From NCBI RefSeq assembly GCF_037042905.1, contig NC_087245.1, positions 2,916,001-2,980,000 on the forward strand: 64,000 nt of DNA, read 5' to 3'. Source of the DNA: Lytechinus pictus (Eukaryota). Both the position numbers and the translations under genes were made by a program. Of the stretch, positions 40,190 through 54,100 are shown one piece after another; position 1 is the stretch's first letter, and every line of letters begins with the position of its first letter. Below the pieces are notes generated by a model that saw only the letters and a program-made list of their open reading frames with translations, was not told the DNA's origin and did no database searches.

Positions 40190-40649
40190 ACTGTGGTAAC
40201 TGAATACCTTCTTTAGAAATTCCTGAAATATATGAATAAAAATGAATACCAAGGAAATGAAAGTCAAAGACATGAAATGGCCAGTGATGCTTGCTTGGTT
40301 AATATCAATTTTCATTATTTTTTTTTCTTCAGAATTTCTCTGTATCCAGTAAATTCTACTTTCAAAACAATTTTTTCTAATTCACTTTTGGCCTTTGAGT
40401 AGGCCTATATGTTCAGTTGAATATTAGATATACAGGTGTATTGTATTAGAATATTCTTTTCTTTAAAAAATCATTCTGAGCAAGAAAAGCAAATGGAATA
40501 CTTAATCCATTTTTCTAGTGACATGGGTTATAACAGCTATGCTTAAAAGTGTCTTCAAACCTTTTTTTTATTGATATTTACTTTCCCCCATCATATAAGA
40601 ATAATAGGAATATGTTAAAAGTCCTGTCACCTGATATCCTCCAGATGCC

Positions 40650-40850
40650 TATTGCCCTCCCCCTGTCGAACGTCTCCACCTTTGCCTATTAGAGGCCACA
40701 GCTCTGGCTTCTGTCCACGTCCTCCATCCAGCTAGGGTCCTTTCTTTTTCTTCTGTTCGCCGCCAAGTTGTTTTGGGCCTGCCCCTTTTCTTATGCCCTC
40801 CCGGTGCCCAAGTCAATGCAGTGTTGCAGATGCTTGCAGGTTCCCCCAAT
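40650..40850 (-). mobile_element. RTE-clade LINE 3' fragment
   Basis: ALTWAPGGHKKRGRPKTTWRRT...ASNRQRWR, typical of the RTE ORF C-terminus. Confidence 0.75.
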
Positions 40851-42381
40851 AAATGCCTGTCTTCTTAATAATATGGTGCTCAGTTTTTCCAGTTTCTCAG
40901 AAACTGCTTGATATTGTAGCTCATGTCTATTTCTGTAATTTTGTAATAGGAAATTAAATGTTCAGCTCAAGTAAGCAGGTGGAAAGAAATCTCATTAGTG
41001 AATACCAAAATCATCAGCAGCTGTTATCCCTTCCTTTCTCATCCCTTGTTAAGTCATGAAATTAAGGGATGTGTTTTGACGTACATGATGTATTTTCTAT
41101 ATACTTGTGTTTACGTTTCATGATCTATTTGATGTCTTTTATCTCTTGTTCAACATTTAGAATATGAGAGTGAAAAATATAGTTTATCTCCCTTTTCTGA
41201 TACTTATCAAAGGCTCTCTTTGTGCAAATCGATGTGATATTTTAGGTTGACGAAAATGATGTAGTTTAACAAAAATATTTATTTGAAGTCAGTACAAATT
41301 TGAACAAGTCCAAGAAGCGTAAGTTTACCATTACTCACCTTGTAATTTCTAGGTAAACACAGTCGTAATCCCTATTCCAGTTATTTATTCTGTCTGAGGA
41401 ACCTGCCTTGACACCATGGCAACAGTTTTTTTAATACATTCAGGTAAAAATATGATAGTAAAGACTAAAGTCAATCAGAGTCTTATGGTTTCCAGATTTC
41501 TGGTGCTTTGATTATTGTTTTAATGCCAAGTTTGTTGGATATAGGAAGAATGGGGGCAACATATTGGAAAACACACTCTGAGTCAATATCCTAAATGTAA
41601 TTTCATGAATTCTTTATTCTTTTTTATAAAAAAAGGTAATAATTTTGATAAAGAAGAGTGACTGATATCTTGTTTTTGTAATTGCTCTCGGTAACTTTTA
41701 TGGAAATATTGTATCGTCAGGTGAATATATAAATCGCCTTGCTTGATATGATAAAGATGATGACTGATATCCAAAGAGCAAATAAATTAAGACTTGGGGG
41801 TGTATCCTTCCTTTAACTTTCCTTTCCCACTACCAAGGAAGTTATCATGTGACCTGCTAGTGGACAGGTCACTCCAGTCGGAAGTAAATTAGTCATAGAA
41901 GATATTACCAGTTTCATAAATTGTAATAAAAGTCAGTTTTTCAATTTTGTGCAGGTACCATCATAAATTCATTGTGCAACACTTCAGAAGTCATGGTATG
42001 ACACTGTGCATGGTGTATTATCATGTTTACAGACATGTTGGACGTAATGTCTCCATTGTTTAACATTAAATATGGGTGGGCATGTTATAATCCAAGTCTA
42101 TTCATTGATTATATTTCTAATTGTATTCAGCTGTATGTTTTGAGATGCTTGCTTTGACCAAGATTGAAGTGAAGGATAATAGGGGAGGGGATGTACCAAA
42201 GAAAGACCGGTATTGAGCCCTCCCAAAATAGACAAACTGAATATTTTAAGTTATGAGGATAAAATGATCATAGATCACTCCATAAACTATCTAATAAATC
42301 AACATAATTGAATCGCCTGTTTATTGTGTATTCATGCAAGTGTGCCAGCTAAATTTTAGTAATGAATAACATACTAGTGAA

Positions 42382-42740
42382 TGTTATTATTATTATTAAT
42401 TATTTGTTTGGCGTCATCTGAGCTAGGGAGGCATCTAGAGCGAACTGAATCACCATGACCTGCATCTCTATTATCCTGATATAACTGATTGGTGGAGTGC
42501 AGGTGGACCACTACACCGTTCGAAGGTGGTGACTCTCCTCTGCACAGGGCCTCCATTTAACATCCTATCCAAGGGACAGAATGTTTTTCACTGTAACATA
42601 GCCTGCGTCTGTGGAACAGGCGATGGGCACGTTTACAAACAGAAAATTAGCTTCAGTCATCTGCCCGGGGTAGAATCAAACCCACGACCGTTGATTTGGT
42701 TCGACGGGCAGATGCTTTACCGACTGAGCTAGTCGCTCGC
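42382..42740 (-). mobile_element. tRNA-derived SINE with Deu/Meta-like central motif
   Basis: Minus strand: TAGCTCAGTCGGTAAAGC A box, GGTTTGATTC B-box-like, CCTTGGATAGGATGTTAAATGGAGGCCC motif, (AAT)n tail. Confidence 0.75.
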
Positions 42741-44459
42741 TCTTATTATGTTGTTCCTCAGGTTTTATATACAATGTGAAGTTCATTGTTTATCCTCTGA
42801 CATTTCTAGACATATAGCAATCAGGCATGTACTGACATTGCTCCCTGCCATAAAACTTGAGATGCTTGTAGCTTCCTGCACTGTTCATTCATTAAAATTT
42901 CAGTGCAAGGGTATTGGGAGAGGATGCTGCTTTATTATTTATTTATCATCATCATCATTGGGGTATTTGTTTTCTTTCTTTTTTTATTTTGATAAGAGTA
43001 TATTACAGCTGAGTCATTACAGCTTTTATTTTTGGAACAGTATTCAAAGACTATAAATAACAACCCACTATAAGGTCTATACTTCCTTATCTAGATCAAT
43101 ATATCAAATTGGTCACATTATTTCCAAACATTTAATCTACCAAATAGAGCTACCAAAATAATAATACCAAGTAGGATTTCTCACTGAAGATTTTTTTTTA
43201 TTTTTTTTAATTGCATTGATTATGATTGGTTTTGGAATCGGTAATTGGTTATAATAATGCATTATTGGTCACAAAAAATGTGTCTAAATATTCTTTTCCA
43301 AAGTATTGCCTCCATCTATATGATTTTAATAATGTTCAGCATCTTTCATTTACATTGTGGTTTTAAAATGCCTTTTCCTTATTGAGTAAAACCAGGATGT
43401 GATGGTTGACTTCAGATTCAATGAAGCCATTTTCAAGACTAAATTAGCCATGGTGTCATTTTCAATTCATTGCATCTCATAAGGGTGCTTTCATCAACAT
43501 GCAATATTAAGCTCTGGTCATTTTCATTTTCAAGGTACATATATTTGACTCTGAATTTCCACCCCTATCCCTCTCTTCCTTTCTCCCTTTCTAGTTCCCC
43601 ATCTCTTTTTTCCATCTCTCTGTTCTTTTCTCCTTTATTCCATCTTCTGGCTTTCTAGAGCAGTGGAAGATTTTGAACCAATTCTTTTCTTGCATTGCGT
43701 TGATGTTTCTTCATTTGAGCCCCATTTGATTGACTGTATTTCCATTTCCTTTAGTATTGCAGCACAGGCACTCACTTTATTTAGAGTGACTGCCTTTTTT
43801 TCTCTCAATCCCATTTAACTTGGATGATGTCTAGCGCCATCTGTAGACAGAAACATTATAATGAAGCTAATCATAATACTGGTAATTGCGCAGCATGATC
43901 AACACGACATACTCAGTACTGCTAGTGCCCATGCATGTGCATGTAAAGGTTATTATTAATTAAAAAAGAACTATTTGATGTTGGAGAATTTAATACTAGT
44001 TTACCAACATATTTCACAAATGGTGATGGATCTAAGCCCCTTTCTTAGTAAGATACATACATGTATATGTTGGTACCGTATATGTTGCAGATGTCAGAGT
44101 AGGCCCTACTGACTTCAGGTCCATTGCTGCAATAAGAGTAACAGCAGATATAACATGAAATCAGTATTAAGATGCATATATAGCAAGCACATAGCTCTAA
44201 GAGCTACACACTTTCTGAATGAGAGCCATTGTCAAGCAGTTATGTAATATTTTGTGTTGTATTAAAAAGAATCAGGCTTCTTCGTGTAAATACATGTAAG
44301 GTTCACTACCGAATGAGTATACTTCAGTGGATAAGTTGAATAGAATGTGAACACTGATTTGAACCTGTGTTAAAACATGGCTACTACTTACTATCTGGAA
44401 ATGATGGCAGATAAAACTGGAATCACTTAGTACAGAAAAGTTAGAGAAGCATTCCACTT

Positions 44460-45011
44460 GAATCAGACAAGCACAATGCTGAAAATTTCATCAAAATCGG
44501 ATGTAAAATAAGAAAGTTATGACATTTCAAAGTTTCACTTATTTTTAACAAAATAGTTAAATGAACGAGCCAGTTACATCCAAATGAGAGAGTCGATGAT
44601 GTCATTCACTCACTATTTCTTTTGTTTTTTATTGTTTGAATTATACAATATTTCAATTTTTACGAATTTGATGATTAGGACTTCCTTGCCTGAAGCACAA
44701 AATGTTAAAATAATGGAATTCCACGTGTTCAGGGAGGAATGAAACTTCATTTCACATGACAATGACGAGAAAATCAAAATATTTCATATTTCATATAATA
44801 AAATACAAAAGAAATAGTGAGTGAGTGATGTCATCAGTTCCCTCATTTGCATACCGACCGAGATGTGCATATAACTGTTTTGTGAAATGAAGCGAAACTT
44901 TAGAATGTCATAACTTTCTTATTTTACATCCGATTTTGATGAAATTTTCAGTGTTATGCTTGTTTTTCTCTTTTTATTCAAATCAAGTTTTTGTTGGGGT
45001 GGACTTGTCCT
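44460..45011. mobile_element. Kolobok-like MITE, left end missing
   Basis: About 48-bp internal inverted repeat (44478-44526 vs 44904-44952); right end GGGGTGGACTTGTCCT-TTAA. Confidence 0.65.
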
Positions 45012-47260
45012 TTAAAGAAGGAGAGAGCAAGAGTAGCTGTGATGTGCCCAAAACTCACTTGTATACAATTAAAAAGAAAACATAAAAAATGTACATTGTA
45101 AATATTTTTATATTACAGCCCCCATATGATAGGAAAGTGATAGACCCCCATATCGAATGTTGAGCAATTAGTTGTTCTCCAGCTAACACATAGGGCCGTA
45201 CTGTGCTCAAGTATGATTGAATGCCAAATCATTGAAATAAATTTTATCGCAAACTTGACATTTTATGCATGAAAAAAAAAACAAGATGAGGGTTGGATTC
45301 AAGGTGAAGGCCATTATAGTTTGAAAATATCCTAAGTAAAGTCTGAAATGATCAGACTACACATTCCCTAGCCATTACAATGCAATGCCTGGGCTTGACC
45401 TTGTACTTATTGAACTGAGGAGAAACCCCCCCACAACAAGCACATCACCTGTGTACTGCTTCATGAATTTGACAATGCAAGCTGGGAACAGGAGCGCGGC
45501 GAGATGCACAATGCTTTATATACAGAGTCAAAGTCATATGTGTTTGTTTATACTGGTGGAAAAGAAATATTGCATGGAAACATGGAGGAATATGGTTGAT
45601 AAAGATACCTTTTATGAGCTGTCTGGAAGAATATTGGACAAGGGCCAGGAGATAGTGAATGAATTTATCTTGGAATAGGCTTACTTGCTGACCTGGATGG
45701 TGATGGATGATACTGTTTAGTAAGTTTTACTTCTTGATTTCTCATGGTCTGGGAAGAGTAAATTGGTTGACAAACATAGAGCATGCATGTGCGTACTGGC
45801 ACAATAGTGTAGGACATGCCCTCACAGCACAGATTGACCTCCGAGATTATGTGTGAACTACCACTACCAGTTGTGTGTCCATTCTTTTGGTCCATTTGTG
45901 AAAATGGGCTTGTGTCTTCATCCTATTCTTCTATTTTTTGTTCACCATAAAGGTCTGTTGTAGACCTGGCCATAGGCCTATAGACTTGTTTTTCAATGAT
46001 CTGTCTTGTTTTATTGTATATCCAGTATCTAGAGCTGACTAGTCCCCCCCCCTTTCCCCTCCTTGTTCTGTTCTTCTCCTCCCCAATCTATTCTGCCATT
46101 CCTTTCTTTCTCTCTTTGTTCCCCTCCCCTTTCTTTCTTTTGCATGATTTACCCTTCCTTTTCTCTTTCACCCACTCACTATATGCATTAGCTTTTTAAA
46201 ATTTTCACATTGCACTTGACTTTATGCCTACACATATTTTTTCCTTAATTGAAGAAGTATTCCCCTTCAAGTTCATGAGTTTTGGCTCATGAATTTAATC
46301 ACAATTACATGTATTTTCAATGTCTACTTTCTAGTTCCTTGAAATAATGTGAAACTTTTGCCCTCTTTTGTTGATAATTAACTTGATGACACCACCACCA
46401 TGGCCAGCATCTTGTACAGTCTGTATCTTGAAGACTACTTGCCAGATACTATAAATAGATGCAGAGATGATTTATGATTTGTGTATTTTACTGGAGTGTC
46501 TGAAGAGGAGAAAGTGTAAACAAGCAATAATCTGCCAGACAGACTTCAGCAAGGGAAATAGGAATTAAAGCATTTCATTTGTTAGATGCATGACCTATTT
46601 TTAGTCAACTTACCTGCCAGATATGCAAGACATACTATGTAGGCCTATAGTAGAAGTAAACATTTTCAATAATTGTTCAATATCAATGGATGCTACATGT
46701 AAATGAACTTGGAATATGGATTCTGATTTGAATCGTCAACAATTTTTGCTCTGGTTTTTACATCATATGCCATGTAGGTCCCACTAAACAAACTTTGATT
46801 ATTTTTTTTAATGTGGAAAATATCAGCATACCTAGTACACTTGGCGGTACTGTAAGTTCATTATTTTTTTGTAGGACTGACTGGTAAAAATCATGGAAAA
46901 TACCATTATAGACAATAATCCATTTTAAGCAGGAAGTTTAAGGCATTTGCAATAGACCAGAGCACTATATTTTGTTACCAAGTTTAGGCCTATATACTTT
47001 TTCTGTAGAAATCATACTGTACTCATGCCTGAATACAGTCATGTGACTTCATCCACTTTACATTGTGAACTGCTACAGCTGTGTATCCTGCACATCAGGA
47101 GAATGGATCAAATGATATATTTGACCTATATCCATGACCTTATTCATTGCACCATGGACCTATTTGTAATACTTGTAATGTAGGTCCATGATTAGTCTGC
47201 TGTGCAAACCCTTTACTTGAGTTAAGGGTCTGAATGTGCAGCCTACTCATTCCTTGAATT

Positions 47261-47868
47261 CTCGCCACCCCAAATAGCGATTTCGCCGAGATCCGGGAAA
47301 ATCCCTGTAACGTGCATTGCATTATGGGATAGCTTTTTCGGTATTACAACTTCCTGTTCGGAAGTCCAACGCACTGTTTTGCCATTTAGATCAACAGTGC
47401 CGTCATGCACAACGTAGCTTTCGCTCGGAAAGTTCGTGATCACAACCCTCTCTTTCACTAACAGTTTTACAGCCTTTTCTGCTAAAGTCACTAATTCTGC
47501 CTGACGCTTTCCATTGCACGGTATTCATCTGTCAGTTAAGATTTTTTTAATTTCCGAAACTGATTTTTATCCATTTTGTGGTCGACGAAAAATTGAACGA
47601 AATGAATGCTGAATATATTTAGTGTCTAGTTGAATACGATCGTGATGTCAGGCCGGTCACTAAATGCAAAATTTTAAGATATTCATGATTTGTTTGATTT
47701 TTTTATAACCAAATAAAAACATGAATAAAAATTATTCTCACGTGAAATATATTTTTTATTTTTATTTATTATTCAAATGGAATCAAAACTGACCAAATGT
47801 AATAAAAATAAAAAAAATTATCTCGTCTCGCGCATTATGAGATTTTTGTTCCTATTCGGGGTAGCGAG
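47261..47868. mobile_element. Non-autonomous TIR element with AATT TSD (Sola1-like)
   Basis: AATT-CTCGCCACCCCAAATAG ... CTATTCGGGGTAGCGAG-AATT; CpG-rich interior with a possible coding remnant. Superfamily is tentative. Confidence 0.6.
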
Positions 47869-48149
47869 AATTGAAACAGCAAGATTTGTATGTGCTAGTC
47901 TTTGCATGGAGACACACTTGTTGATCAAAGTTTCATTCAGGGTCTGTGTCTGCAGACTAGTCCATGATTGCACTAACTACTGATGATGCATTCACATGAA
48001 ACTTTCAGACATTATAATGTCAGACTTTAGCCCTAGACATGTTTCCAATTTCTCAAATGCATATTAAAAATAAATGTAGGTCTATCTCTTTCAACTAATC
48101 ATATTCGGGAACTATGACATGTGAGCTTCTCTTAAATCTTGATAAATTC

Positions 48150-48990
48150 CACAATAAGCGGTTGTCACTCTTCTAGTTTTCAGAGTGAAAAACGCTGATT
48201 GTTTTTTTATAGAACGCTGTCTATTATATACCTTTACCTTTACCCGAGATTCTGGAAGAATGCTGATGATCCCAGCAGTCGTGCTTCCAGTTCAAGTCCT
48301 TCATCCTTCTCGTTAGTTAGGTATCTTCATAGCAGTCTAGCTTGGAAATCTGCACCGTCCTCAATATTAGTGTGGTTTATACATCATAGGGTGAGCAGTA
48401 TGAATCTTGTAGCAGTTTAAATGGTTTAAACAAGTGTTGAAACTCTTAAACAAAAAAAATTAATTGTGATATTCAATTTTTTAATAAATTAAGGATGACC
48501 GTATTAAACTGTTAAACGATTACTGCAAGGTTCATATACTGAACAGTGTTGTTTGAAATTTTGAACAGGTTTTTTTTATTATGGATTAGGAAAGTGTAGC
48601 CTATTTTGTTGTTCACTAGAGCTAGAAACTTCATCATCATTCTCTTCATCTTCAAAATCATCAATTTGGAAATCCAAATCTAGATAAACCTCTGGGTTAT
48701 CTTTCATTTCGTGATCGAAGTATTCAGTGACAGTGTGGAGAAATCGTACCCTCGCAATAGGTTTTGCATGCAAGTGGAGCTTGACGTGGGAGAGCCAATC
48801 ACGACTCTCGTACACTCGTGCACATCATCAAAAATCCCCAATTTCGCGGACGTAATTCTGCGTGTTTGAAGCATTCAGAGAGAGAACTCTAAAACTATCA
48901 ATGAAATGACTTTCATAGGTCTTCATGATAAATGATGTACACCATCGTGTTCTTCTTATTTTCTCCTTTAATTTGATATATAATTCTCCA
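48150..48990 (-). mobile_element. Decayed DNA-transposon remnant (possibly piggyBac-like)
   Basis: CpG-containing patch with an acidic minus-strand peptide DFQIDDFEDEENDDEVSSSSE; ends not defined. Confidence 0.3.
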
Positions 48991-49022
48991 TTTTTAGGAT
49001 TTGCAATATATTTCTACTTTAA

Positions 49023-49608
49023 AGGAGAATGAAACTCTTGGAGCAAGTTAGCTTTTGTGAAAGCAGAAAAATCAAAGAATAAGATCAACAAAAGTTTGAG
49101 TAAAATAGGACTAGCAATAGAAGAGTTATGAGCATTTGAATGTCAAGATCACTAATGCTATGGAGATCCTCCCATTGGCAACGCAACCAAGATCTATGAT
49201 ATCACAGATGAACAACTCTCCCCTTTTGGACACTGAAAATATACCCCAAAACATCTCTTTTTGCTCATTCTAATCATATGACAAACGATTCATCAATGAT
49301 ATAATGTTGTGAAACCTCTGTACTTGTCCTCTCATAAAGATAGAACATCTCACCTTGTGACAGATTCTATAAAAGTGAGAATATAAGTGAAATAAGTACT
49401 AAAGCAATGAGGGAGTTGTACGTGTGTGACATCACAGATCTTGGTCGCATTGCCAATGGGAGGATCTACATGGCATTAGTGATCTCAATATTCAAATGCT
49501 CATAACTTTCTTATTATTCATTCAATCTTCCTCAAACTTTCAACAATGTGTTTCTTTGATTTTTCTCTTTGATATGGATTCAGCTGGTTTCAAGGGTTTC
49601 ATTCTCCT
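49023..49608. mobile_element. Kolobok-like MITE with long inverted arms
   Basis: TTAA-AGGAGAATGAAAC ... GTTTCATTCTCCT-TTAA; about 80-bp internal inverted repeat. Confidence 0.85.
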
Positions 49609-50877
49609 TTAAGAAAAAAAATGATGTAAAATGCTCATTAAATATATACTACTAATATGTTACTTAAAACAGCATGGTGTCCTTAAAATGGTAGATGGTG
49701 GGTCATGGTAAGTTCATGATCAACAAAAGTCAATGTATACACTTGATTTATAGGGACAAGAAATACCATCATTAAATAAAAACTTTAGTGAATTAAATCA
49801 TATGATTTTATTACCAGAATTGTATTGACCCAGAATGGTGCTGACCCAAATGCTATATTCACATTCAAATACTGTACTGTCTTGTTCCATATATTGTAAA
49901 ATGGTACTAAAACATTGTGTATGATATTATGGGCAATTTGGGCATAATGAATTTGCATTTCAGTAATTGCAAAATGATAATGTATTGCTAATCTGATCAT
50001 TATAGATAAATTATTCATTATAAATTCATTATCATCCTACTAACCCACACACTTACAAGGTCAAATGTAATCAGGTTGTAAAATATTAGCAAAGGGGCAA
50101 CTTATTGCTCTCTATAAATCTACTCATTGGTCATTTATTTTATTGTTCCCATAATAAACTGAAATTAAGAGAGACAACATATAATTTGAACTCTTTCTGT
50201 CCTCATATATTGTCATCATAAATTTCAAAGTCCAAAGTCATTTACGAACTCGACTAGGGAATTTTTTTATAAACCCCAATAAAGATTTCACATATTATAA
50301 AATAGTGTTGAATTGCTGCTGTTTGTTTGAAATTTGTTTGTTTTCAAGATATGAAGCTCACGTAAGCACTTGTCTTTCCCAAACAGCCACATGAAGTGGC
50401 AAATTGTACATTGTTCTAGTAGAACTTTAATGGACATGAGATAATGTTTTCAACCCGTATTCAACATTTTATCTACTATATATAACAAGGAAGAAAGTGT
50501 GAAATCTTTGTGTTTAAAAAAGATTAGGCATCATGCATTTACTTCAGTCGCAAAAGAACAAATACTGTAAAGAAACATAAGTTATTTTTACTTTTTCAAT
50601 GTCAATGAACACTGAAGATACATCAACTAATCCTGGTCATCTATTTGTATGATGTCGTACTCTGTAAGGTTATCTTCGTTATCGACTGAAACCAGAGGAT
50701 GTTGGATCTATTATTTTACCTTATTCGAGGCCACTTGATGTGATGGGATTTTGGTGAATAATACAATTTAAGATTCTAGACTTATTCCAGAGACTTCTTC
50801 AGAATGTCAAGTGTTCTGATAGACTATTTCACCCCGGGACCTCTCCTCCCATCTCTTCTTTCTCTTCAACTTGACAG

Positions 50878-51086
50878 TTTACGGAAGAAATCAAGACCCC
50901 ATGACCCCACCCGCCATGTCCAGCTGGCTCTGGATAGTGTGAAGGAGGAGGGAACTCCCCCAACGCCAAGGAAATACAAGAAGCGAGATGATGGGCGGCC
51001 AAGGGTCCAGATACGGATCGGGGATGATGAATCTGATGAGGAAGGAGACAAGGTGGACTGTGGAAGCGATGACCCGAACGAGAATG
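50878..51086 (+). CDS. SLC4 anion exchanger exon (LRKKSRPHD...DDPNEN)
   Basis: Long pyrimidine tract plus GACAG|, donor ATG|GTGAGT, phase 2 to 1; RVQIRIGDDESDEE resembles the SLC4 N-terminal RVQF..G-acidic motif. Confidence 0.8.
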
Positions 51087-53071
51087 GTGAGTACAACACA
51101 ATATTTGAAATAAAATGTGAGGTATCTGATGTTTTTGTAGAATTATTTCTTTGAGGAACAGGCATAAACTTCTTTTTTAACGAAGAAAAATTGGTTATTT
51201 GATAGGTACTAAATACAAAATATATAACAGTAAAGCAATTAAAATGTTTATGGGATAATGGGAGTTAGTCCTGCTGAGATATTGTCTTTGTATAATGTGG
51301 TAATGTTATTACTTCATTCATTTGGTGGTGGCAATACACCCCCTACCCATGTTAATTCGTCAAGAAATAATCTTTTGGCTATAGGAGGTTTGCCTATTTT
51401 CTTTTGCCTCTGAATGAATGCAGATACACAATGCACATCTGAATATGTGGGAAGCTTTGTTATGGTATTTTCCTTGAGCCAAGTGAACATGCAATGCCAT
51501 TCAAAACCAGTGAAGTGAAACCCCAGAATGAAACCATTCCTAAATCTACAGTGAAGTTTAGTCTGTAAATCAGTACACAGTTCTCAATTGAATAAAAGGT
51601 CTCCAAGGAGCTTATCACCTCTGTATATACTGTATAGGATACTTACAATATTGTGATGCAGTAAAGCATATCAGTGGAGGTTTTTATCTCTTTGTGTTTG
51701 AGGGGATTTTGCAAAACTATGTAGTCACCTCTTTAATGGAACTTTTATCTGAGAGTTTCAATCAGTGGATATTTTTAGGTTTTGCAGAACTGGTGTTGAA
51801 AGTCCACCAGTTCTTCATTGAATTTGCTAATCAGCATTTGTTTGCACTTTAAATGGTTTGATGAACAAGTTGCTGGTACTCATGTGTTCTGTGAATGTTT
51901 TAGCCTGCGGAAGTAACTTGCTGTGTTGTTTGTGTACAATGTTTGATGGTTGGTTGTACAAATGAAGGACAAATCATGATTTTGTAATGTGACCAAATGC
52001 AGTGTTTGTAGTTAGCTTGCACTGGGATTTAACTGTGGACCAGAATCAGTGTACATCTAGATTTGAGTTCTGATCAAATTCTCATTGGAACTGATGTTTT
52101 CATCACAAGGAAGAAGCAAATACATCCTATATTAGCTCAATTAGATTTTCTTTTCTAATTGTCTATAGTATAGAAGGGATTTTCCAGTGATATTTGTTCC
52201 ATTTCATCAGTTTTTAGTGGGATCCATCCAGGACTGATACAGAGAATATAATGGAACTACTCCACAGCCAATACCCGTAGCTGGATTTAATTTAGAATGC
52301 AAGGGGTATGAATTAGGTATAATCCCAATAACCTTGAACTGGTATCTTCAGGTATGAATTGAATATGCCAAAGAATTGATTCAGTAGTTTCCATGGGCTA
52401 TGAGTTTGGATATATCTGCATATAGCTGCTTGAAGGATGCAAAGCTAAAAGTGGTGGTGAAAGAGATGATCAGAAACTGCTTGGAGCATTGAATAAATTA
52501 CGCCTGACTCCTGAGTGTTAATACTCCTTTGACATCACAACAATAGTGTATCCTTGATGGACTACTACATGTAAATCCTCTGAATATGCATCAGTATGTA
52601 TAACGTCTGAATTAAAATGAGCAAAGAGAAAAATAAAAGGAAACTTCCAGAGAAAGAAGACAGATATGGTTCCCAGTATCAGGAAGGGAATGATCTGAAG
52701 CAACGTAAGTGATATCGATTTCAGGCTAGGTTCTATATGATCGTCAAGGAGATAACATTGATGATTGTTTGTAATCATATGGAGTCTTATGGAATTTGCA
52801 TCAGGCTTTAATACACTACTCAAAAAAAGTTAAGGACCACTTTTTAAAACGTACATAAAGATTTTATACAAGGTGTTTTATTTCTGGAAATACCTCAGTA
52901 CAACTGTCCTAAATGTCCTTAAACACGCTGTAATCAATTTCACGCATGGGTGGTTTCAGTTGTTGCACAATGTCTCTCGCATCACTGCACATCCTGAAAA
53001 GTGGGCCCCGAGGGGTATCAGCTACCGACATGAAGTGGTAAAAACGAATGTCTGAGTGTCTTTCAGGCAGT

Positions 53072-54100
53072 TCAGTAACGAGTGTGACCACCTCCTGCAG
53101 CAATAACGGCTTCACAGCGCTGTCTCATGGAGCTGATGAGGCGATTGATGTCTCTGACGTCCAGTGCATCCCATGCAGCCTCCACAGCCACACCCAGCTG
53201 CTGCAGTCCAAGTGGATGGGCTTCGAGCTGCTCGAGACTCCTCCCCATCATGTCCCAGACGTGCTCTATCGGGTTTAAGTCCGGGGACCTCGCTGGCCAC
53301 TCCATACGCTCAATCCCCTGGCCCTCAAGGAACTCGGTCACCACCCTAGCTCGGTGGGCACGGGCATTGTCATCCATGAAAATGATGTTTTGTCCCACAT
53401 TTTCTGCAAATGGCACCACTATAGGTTCAAGGACCTCATCCCTGTACCTCACTCCTGTCATTGCTCCCCCTGGGACCACGTAGAGACGAGTACGGTTGGC
53501 GTAGGTGATGCCTCCCCACACCATGACGCTGCCTCCCCCATAACGGTCATGTTCTGCAATACAGGGGTCTGCAAATCTCTCTCCTGGTCGCCTCCAGACT
53601 CTCGAACATCCATCATTGTGGTCAAGGGAAAATCTGCTCTCATCTGTGAACAGAACTCTACGCCATTGCTGTCTGGTCCATCTGACATGCTCCCGGGCCC
53701 AGTTGAGACGAATTCTTCTGTGAGCAGGGGTGAGTGGGACACACTGAGCTGGCCGTCTGGCATGCATATTGGCTCTGTGAAGTCGGTTACGGATTGTTTG
53801 AGTGGAAACAATCACTCCAGTTGCTGCAGCGAAGTCATTGTTGAGGCGGCGTGCACTGTGAAAGCGGTTGCGGAGGCTGAGATTCGTCAAGTAGCGATCA
53901 TCTCTAGGGGTTGTCGAAACTGGTCGGCCACTGCGGGGTCTCTCGGAGTATAGCCCTGTCTCTCGGTGTCTTTGATTTGCTCTGCTAATGACACTGTGTG
54001 ACACGCCCATCATTCTGGCTACTCTTCGCTGACTGAGGCCAGCTTCCAGCATCCCTAGGGCTCTGGCTACATCTGTTTCACTTAGGTGGTGTCTTGGCAT
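53072..54100 (-). CDS. Tc1-like DD34E transposase, left copy (342 aa)
   Basis: Paired-like HTH, RSGRP, FTDESRF, MDDNA-x34-E (SPDLNPIE); uninterrupted. Confidence 0.95.
   Translation of the reverse strand: MPRHHLSETDVARALGMLEAGLSQRRVARMMGVSHSVISRANQRHRETGLYSERPRSGRPVSTTPRDDRYLTNLSLRNRFHSARRLNNDFAAATGVIVSTQTIRNRLHRANMHARRPAQCVPLTPAHRRIRLNWAREHVRWTRQQWRRVLFTDESRFSLDHNDGCSRVWRRPGERFADPCIAEHDRYGGGSVMVWGGITYANRTRLYVVPGGAMTGVRYRDEVLEPIVVPFAENVGQNIIFMDDNARAHRARVVTEFLEGQGIERMEWPARSPDLNPIEHVWDMMGRSLEQLEAHPLGLQQLGVAVEAAWDALDVRDINRLISSMRQRCEAVIAAGGGHTRY

Noticed and set aside
9100..42740. tRNA genes at 9100-9183, 16708-16770 and 42660-42740
   Set aside because: They have A/B boxes but no complete cloverleaf and continue into SINE bodies.
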